NCBI GenBank assembly: GCA_016699795.1
Contig: CP065011.1
Location: 819,449 to 883,448, forward strand
Origin: Candidatus Moraniibacteriota bacterium
Lineage (GTDB): Bacteria; Patescibacteriota; Minisyncoccia; Moranbacterales; GCA-2747515
DNA: 64,000 nucleotides
Direction: 5' to 3'
The notes beneath the pieces are model-generated. The model did no database searches. It was not told the DNA's origin and saw nothing but the letters and a program-made list of their open reading frames with translations. Position numbers and translations under genes: made by a program. Shown in pieces: positions 58,318-64,000 of the stretch (within the stretch, counting starts at the first letter, position 1; the number at the start of each line of letters is the position of its first letter).

Positions 58318-61300
58318 ATGAAATTTCTCAAACAAACAGCACAAAAAAGGAAAATACAGTTTTTTGTAGGAATGTTTTTTGTGGTGCTTGTGAATGTTTT
58401 TTCTGTGGGAGAGGCGAAGGCATATACTTTTGATACTAACTGGATATCGCCGATCAGATCGTATCCAACAGCGGTTGGTTTTGGCACTCTTTCTTGGACG
58501 GAAACTCCTGCTGTGGATGCAAGTGCTTTGATGTATATTCGTGCAGGGAATACAGCTATTCCTGATGGTTCATGGACGGATTGGACGGCTATTTCCAATG
58601 GAGGGAATCTTGCTGTCTTGGGGGTCAAAAAATATGTGCAACAAAAAATTAATTTCTTTGGAAATGGCTTAGCTGTTCCTGTTATTTCCGACATTACTTT
58701 ATCTACGTATTCTGGAGAGCTTTTTTCTTCGTCTTATGATACTAAAGCTTCTCTCAATCAAATCCTTTCTTTTCATTGGAATGCATTAGAATCTGGCTGG
58801 GGGAATACGGCGTTTCAGATACAAGTTTCTCGAGACAAAACAACATGGAATTCATGGTGTAGTGGAATGGAAAATCCAAGCGGAAATTGTGATACTTCGG
58901 TGTGGTTTGAAAATGATTCTGGAACGAATGAATCGACGGTTGTGATGGATAATGCACAGTATCGTTATATTCGATATAGACTTTTTTTTACAGGAAATAC
59001 TGAAAATACGGCTTCCATAGGGGATGTTCGTATAGAGTATGATAAAAAAATATACCAAACACATTTTACCAGCCCCGTCAAAGACTTTCTTTCCCCCTCT
59101 CTTTTCCAAACGCTTTCTTGGAATGAAACTCCGGGACTTGAAGCAGCACTCACTATGAATGTCCGATCAGGAAATACTCCAACACCTGACGGAACATGGT
59201 CTTCATGGATTCCCATTTCCAATGGGGGAGATATATCCCAATTTACAGGCAATCGCTATCTTCAGTATGAAGCAACGTTTTCTTCGTATGATGTAGATAC
59301 ATCAGTTATTCTTTCCGATGTAACAGTTGCTTACTCCCAATACCCCGTAGGCTCCTATCTTCTCACCTCTTCCCCCTACAACTCCACCGATACTGCGAAC
59401 CTCCTCTCTAAAATAGAATGGAATGAAACCATTCCTCCTCAAACAAATATACGTTTCCAACTCCGAACCGCACCAGATCTAACAGGATCTCCTGATTGGA
59501 ACAATGGTTCCAAATGGTGTGGACCTACAGATTGCGCCCTCACAACAAATAGCAATGACTTTGCTTCGAGTTTTTACGAAACAACACCACAAGGAGAATC
59601 TACCAATCCCATACATCTAGAAGGAAACAATGATCAATGGTTACAGTATGCTACCTGGCTTTCTAATGAAAACACCGGAGCCACTCCAACACTTTCTCAA
59701 GTAACGCTTACCTATCTGGTAAACGCTTCTCCTATGATTCAAAATGTAACTGCTACTCCCAATACAGATAAAACAGTAGATATCACCTACGAAGTCAAAG
59801 ATCCTGATACAACTACAGGAACCAATACTCCAGGATTTATTACTCCGAGCTTTTCCTATTGGGATGGAGATTCATGGGAAAGCATTGCTTCTAATACTCT
59901 AGCTCCCGAAGATGTACAAAACAAAGCAGTGAATCAAGATTCGTACACAACACACACAGCTACCTGGACTCCTTCACTTTCTCACTCAAATCTCTATCTT
60001 TCTGGATCAGCCAAGATTCGTGTCACTATAGGGGACAATGAAGGAGCAAATAATACAGCAAATGCAGAATCCAATACCTTTACATTGGATACAAAGATTC
60101 CAGAGAACCCTTCTCTTTCTATAGACGCATCCACTCAAGATCTTCTTGATACCAACACCACATCACTCCTTACTCTTTCTGTATCTGAAGACTCTCAACG
60201 ATTCATGAAAGTTTCTCTTTTTCCTGATCTCTCTGATACTGATTGGGAACCCCATACTCTTAACAAAACTATCAAACTCCAAAGTGATCCTGATACCGTC
60301 TACGCACAATTCAAAGATCAATACGGAAATGAAACACAAATCATTGCTACTGAGAGTATAGAGACTCCTTCTCATATCATGACACAAGATACTTCTAATC
60401 TTTATCTTACTCCTCCTGAATATCGAGTCTTTCTTAGTTTCAAACCATCAGAAATCTCTTCTCAAGAATTCTCTCGTTATGAACTCTTCAGAAAAGAAGA
60501 AGGGGGTTCTTATGGTACTGACCCTCATGATATACGAACAGTTCCTCAAGAAAACTTTCTTACTGATTCAGGAGGAGGTGTTGATCCTAATACTCTCTAT
60601 ACGTATAAAGTACGAACCAAAGATACACTCGGAAATATTTCTTTCTTTTCTCAAGAAGTAACTGCCAAAGCAAATGGCATCCAAGATGCAGGAGAGGGTG
60701 GTGGTGGAGTTGATGATAGTTCTCCTTCTATTGCCAACGTAACCGTAGAATCTAAAGACACCACAACCGTAACTATCACATGGGAAACAGATGAACTCTC
60801 TGACTCTCGTGTAGAATATGCAACCACTCCCAACACCTATACCAAACAAACAGGAGTCTCTACCTATGCTGACACCCAAGCACAATCAGGACTTCATAGA
60901 GTCACTCTTACCAACCTCACACCAAACACTCCCTACTTCTTTAGAGTTGCCTCTACTGATCCTCAAGGCAATACCGGAGTCAATGACAATAATGGCAATG
61001 GATATGAAGTCACAACGAATCCTGGACCTTCTATCAGTGGTGTAGCGGTATCAAGTGCTTCTAACACACAAGCAACCATATTCTGGAATACGAATGTCCC
61101 TGCAGACTCTGTACTCCATTACAGTGAAAACAAGAATGGATCTCTTATCGATCCTATCACTCTCTCCGGATCAAGTGTTCTTACAAAAAATCATCAAGTA
61201 ACCTTAGATGCTCTTACTCAAGGAACCACCTACTATTTCTACGTTACCTCCACCGACTCACAAGGAAACATTGCCAATGACAATAATGGAGGAAACTATT

Positions 61301-63159
61301 TTCAATTCTCTACAACACTCGACGAAACACCTCCTACCATAACGAATCTTCAAACATCTCTTATCTCAAATGACAAAGCAGTTATTACAGCAAACACAGA
61401 TGAAGAAGCATCCTTCCTCCTTCAGTACAGAAAAAAAGGAAGCCTTACCTTCACACAAACAGAACAAGGAACAACATACGATAGATCTCACTACAGGGTA
61501 CTCGATACTCTTACTCCTGATACAGAGTATGAATATCAAGTGAGTGTTAAAGATATCAATCAAAACGAATCACAGAGTGATATACAAACAATGAAAACAA
61601 CCTTAGATCCAGAATACAATCATGCACCTCTTTCAAAGATTCATACTATCAGTGATCCTCCTAAAGTACTCACTGATCAAAAAGCAGTCATAACCTTCCA
61701 GACGGATCAAGCAGCAAACTGCATCCTTGAATATGGAACCCAATCAAGAAACTACCAAGAAGTTCCTCAAACAGAAGCGACAGGAATCTATGACACACTC
61801 CATTCCCTGCATCTTGGAGGACTCATCTTTAACACAACCTACTTCTACAAACTTCTTTGTGAAGATAATCTTGGAACCCTCATAGAGAGTGAAGAAAAAA
61901 GCTTCACAACAAAACTCAAACAAGTAGACAGTGGAAGTGAACAAGCAGAATCTACTCCTCCCTCTATCTCAGGAGTCAAAGTCAAAGACATTACAGGAGA
62001 GAGTGCAGTGGTGAGTTGGGAGACGGATGAAGTTTCAAACTCACAGGTGAGGTATGGGACGACGGAGGAGATGGAAGAATTAAGAGGAAATGCTTTGATA
62101 AATACAGACATCGCTAAATTCTCAACAGCCCATTCTGTAACCTTGCGAGGACTCATTCCTTCAACAAAGTATTTTTTCAGTGCAAGCTCATACGACACCG
62201 CCGGAAACATAGGCACCTCCTCCCAACAAACCTTCCAAACGCAATCTCCTTCTTCCATCTCTTCCATTAAAGCTTCTTCCAAACAAATAGGGGAAACAAC
62301 TATCACATGGAAAACTTCCACTCCCACTACCTCTATTGTTGAATATGGAAACACAGAAAACTATGGACAAACAAGAAAAAGTGAAGAACTCAAAAAAGAT
62401 CATGAAATTATCATAAACAATCTTTTAGAAAACTCTACCTACCACTTCCGAGTAAAAGGAGAAGATGAATCAAAAAATCTCTTCTCTTCTTCCGACTCTA
62501 CCTTTGAACCAAAGTCTCCACCACAAATCAAAGAAATCAAGATAGAAGTTCTTTCAGACAGAGAAGCAAAAGTAAACTTCCTTACTGATACTCTTACCGA
62601 CTCTCTTGTAACCTACAAAAACAAAAACAAAGAAGAAGATCAAAAGAGTGAAGGAAATCCCTCCCTCCTCCAAACTCACTCCCTCACCCTCAAAGAACTC
62701 ACTCCTGGAGAAAACTACGTTCTTACTGTACGAGTCAGAGATGATATGGGAAATGAAACTCTCTCTGATGAGATAGAATTCACTATGCAAAAAGATGAAA
62801 CTTCTCCTACAGTAGAAAGAGTCTCTACCGACTCCGCTCTTTCACAAAACGGAAAAGTACAAATGATTATTAACTGGCAAACAGATGAAGATGCTTCTTC
62901 CTCCCTCATCTACAAAGAAGGAAGAGCAGGAGAAGAAAAAACAGTGAATGTAAGTTCTTCCCCAACAAAGAATCACATCATTGTACTCACCTCTTGGAAA
63001 CCAGGAACTCTCTACTCTTACAAAGTCATAGTAAAAGATCTGAGTGGGAATGAAACCATAACCAAAGACTACATCACCCTTACACCACAAACAAAAGAAT
63101 CTGTTGTAGAACTCATCATAAAGAACTTCAAAGAAATCTTTGCTTGGACGGGAGGGTAG
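58318..63159 (+). CDS. giant secreted surface protein with about eight tandem fibronectin type III-like repeats
   Basis: Signal peptide MKFLKQT...VGEAKA. The C-terminal ~800 aa consist of ~100-aa units of the form ...SI(S/A)xVxV....TxAxIxWxTDE.SxSxVxYG....Y.....L.......L.P.T.YYFRV. 1643 aa from the track start. Confidence 0.5.
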   Translation: MKFLKQTAQKRKIQFFVGMFFVVLVNVFSVGEAKAYTFDTNWISPIRSYPTAVGFGTLSWTETPAVDASALMYIRAGNTAIPDGSWTDWTAISNGGNLAVLGVKKYVQQKINFFGNGLAVPVISDITLSTYSGELFSSSYDTKASLNQILSFHWNALESGWGNTAFQIQVSRDKTTWNSWCSGMENPSGNCDTSVWFENDSGTNESTVVMDNAQYRYIRYRLFFTGNTENTASIGDVRIEYDKKIYQTHFTSPVKDFLSPSLFQTLSWNETPGLEAALTMNVRSGNTPTPDGTWSSWIPISNGGDISQFTGNRYLQYEATFSSYDVDTSVILSDVTVAYSQYPVGSYLLTSSPYNSTDTANLLSKIEWNETIPPQTNIRFQLRTAPDLTGSPDWNNGSKWCGPTDCALTTNSNDFASSFYETTPQGESTNPIHLEGNNDQWLQYATWLSNENTGATPTLSQVTLTYLVNASPMIQNVTATPNTDKTVDITYEVKDPDTTTGTNTPGFITPSFSYWDGDSWESIASNTLAPEDVQNKAVNQDSYTTHTATWTPSLSHSNLYLSGSAKIRVTIGDNEGANNTANAESNTFTLDTKIPENPSLSIDASTQDLLDTNTTSLLTLSVSEDSQRFMKVSLFPDLSDTDWEPHTLNKTIKLQSDPDTVYAQFKDQYGNETQIIATESIETPSHIMTQDTSNLYLTPPEYRVFLSFKPSEISSQEFSRYELFRKEEGGSYGTDPHDIRTVPQENFLTDSGGGVDPNTLYTYKVRTKDTLGNISFFSQEVTAKANGIQDAGEGGGGVDDSSPSIANVTVESKDTTTVTITWETDELSDSRVEYATTPNTYTKQTGVSTYADTQAQSGLHRVTLTNLTPNTPYFFRVASTDPQGNTGVNDNNGNGYEVTTNPGPSISGVAVSSASNTQATIFWNTNVPADSVLHYSENKNGSLIDPITLSGSSVLTKNHQVTLDALTQGTTYYFYVTSTDSQGNIANDNNGGNYFQFSTTLDETPPTITNLQTSLISNDKAVITANTDEEASFLLQYRKKGSLTFTQTEQGTTYDRSHYRVLDTLTPDTEYEYQVSVKDINQNESQSDIQTMKTTLDPEYNHAPLSKIHTISDPPKVLTDQKAVITFQTDQAANCILEYGTQSRNYQEVPQTEATGIYDTLHSLHLGGLIFNTTYFYKLLCEDNLGTLIESEEKSFTTKLKQVDSGSEQAESTPPSISGVKVKDITGESAVVSWETDEVSNSQVRYGTTEEMEELRGNALINTDIAKFSTAHSVTLRGLIPSTKYFFSASSYDTAGNIGTSSQQTFQTQSPSSISSIKASSKQIGETTITWKTSTPTTSIVEYGNTENYGQTRKSEELKKDHEIIINNLLENSTYHFRVKGEDESKNLFSSSDSTFEPKSPPQIKEIKIEVLSDREAKVNFLTDTLTDSLVTYKNKNKEEDQKSEGNPSLLQTHSLTLKELTPGENYVLTVRVRDDMGNETLSDEIEFTMQKDETSPTVERVSTDSALSQNGKVQMIINWQTDEDASSSLIYKEGRAGEEKTVNVSSSPTKNHIIVLTSWKPGTLYSYKVIVKDLSGNETITKDYITLTPQTKESVVELIIKNFKEIFAWTGG

Positions 63160-63403
63160 GAGGGGAGGGGAAAACTCTCTGAACTCATAAAAAAAGAGAG
63201 ATCGTCAAAACAATCGTGACTGGTTTTCTCTTACATTAAAATTATCAAGATATAATTCTTGCGGTGACGGAGGGAGGGAGGTTCCTATAAAAAAGTGTAT
63301 TTGATGTAACTAATGACTTTACTCGACTTTAATAAAAGAGTATTACCCAAACGACAAGAGAACTAAAAATTTGCTGAGGCTCTGGGACAAAGTTGGAATT
63401 TTA

Positions 63404-63871
63404 TTAAGAATTTATAGATTGCTCAATTGCAGCTTTAAGCTCTTCGGGGACATCCGTTCCTATGCGATAGACTTTCCCATTTTTCATAGTTATCTCAACC
63501 GCATAAAGACCGGAAACACTGTAAATCCACATATATGGCCAGAACCAGATTTTTATTCCCCATCCGTAGTACCAGTGATTCTTTACTGTTTGAGTTGAAT
63601 CTATCTGATCAAGTGCAAATTTCTTGGCAAAAATTCCGTAACCAAACCTGATCCGAAGATAGCTTTCATCGATTGACACTTTCAGTGTGGCAAATGATCC
63701 AAGAATAAACAGAATCAATGCCATTATGGCAGAAACGGCAAAATTTGTTCCGGAGTCGACCGAAGGAGCCTCGGCTCTAGCCGTAATTTGAGCCCATGTA
63801 AAAAGTACTAGTATGGCTAGTGTAACAACTAGCATTAGGTACCCAATTTGGGTGTGTTTGTACGAAGTCAT
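63404..63871 (-). CDS. membrane hypothetical protein
   Basis: 155 aa with two or three transmembrane helices and no motif. Confidence 0.3.
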   Translation of the reverse strand: MTSYKHTQIGYLMLVVTLAILVLFTWAQITARAEAPSVDSGTNFAVSAIMALILFILGSFATLKVSIDESYLRIRFGYGIFAKKFALDQIDSTQTVKNHWYYGWGIKIWFWPYMWIYSVSGLYAVEITMKNGKVYRIGTDVPEELKAAIEQSINS

Positions 63872-64000
63872 AAATCTATGAGTTTATTTTTCCAGACTAC
63901 TACTTTACCGGCAGATGGGTCTTTCCTTGTTTGATCCTTTTCATCATAACACAAACAAAAAAGCCCTTAAAGGGACTTTTTATTTGCGTATGCTGGGCCG

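Noticed and set aside
58167-58694. 175-aa minus-strand ORF overlapping the start of the giant FN3 protein
   Set aside because: It is antisense to a much longer, repeat-structured, signal-peptide-bearing ORF and has low-complexity content.
63880-64000. Terminator-like hairpin AAGCCCTTAAAGGGACTTTTT at the window end
   Set aside because: It is a plausible bidirectional terminator, but the gene it would serve lies outside the window, so it is not reported as a feature.

Overview
AT-rich bacterial chromosomal segment of about 64 kb, densely coding and dominated by housekeeping genes. Identifiable products include recO (5' partial), secG, RNase J, lepB, trpS, ychF, groEL, recR, dnaB, xseAB, gyrB, rpmB, trxA, mltG, murD and uppS. 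A sugar-nucleotide set is also present (manC, PGI/PMI, PMM, rmlD). A nine-gene type IV pilus-like cluster (pilB, pilC, two prepilin-type proteins, a PilX-like protein, pilM and PilN/O-like genes) spans 17.7-26.8 kb. Five tRNAs are present, four of them in a minus-strand cluster at 27.1-27.7 kb. The clearest accessory system is a complete diversity-generating retroelement (DGR) at 55.1-58.0 kb. It comprises a membrane-anchored target protein whose C-terminal variable region (VR) differs from a downstream template repeat (TR) almost exclusively at TR adenines, an Avd-like small protein, the TR, and a reverse transcriptase with a YVDD motif. A 1643-aa surface protein built from fibronectin type III-like repeats follows immediately. 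Other noteworthy items follow. GC-rich rearranged repeats bracket a DUF4143-type AAA ATPase gene just upstream of the DGR. A ~70-nt promoter-plus-palindrome element is duplicated at two sugar-nucleotide loci. Copies of tRNA 3' ends with a conserved trailing repeat lie downstream of both tRNA-Arg genes. An HTH / membrane protein / TraD-VirD4-like ATPase module sits behind an ~840-bp AT-rich gap. Several genes carry unusual fusions or insertions: HRDC-XseA, RNase J with a basic N-terminal tail, and rmlD with a Cys/Gly-rich insert. The gene content (pilus system without secretin, small proteins, DGR) suggests a small-genome, CPR/Patescibacteria-like organism; that is inference only. No rRNA, CRISPR array, transposase or integrase was seen.
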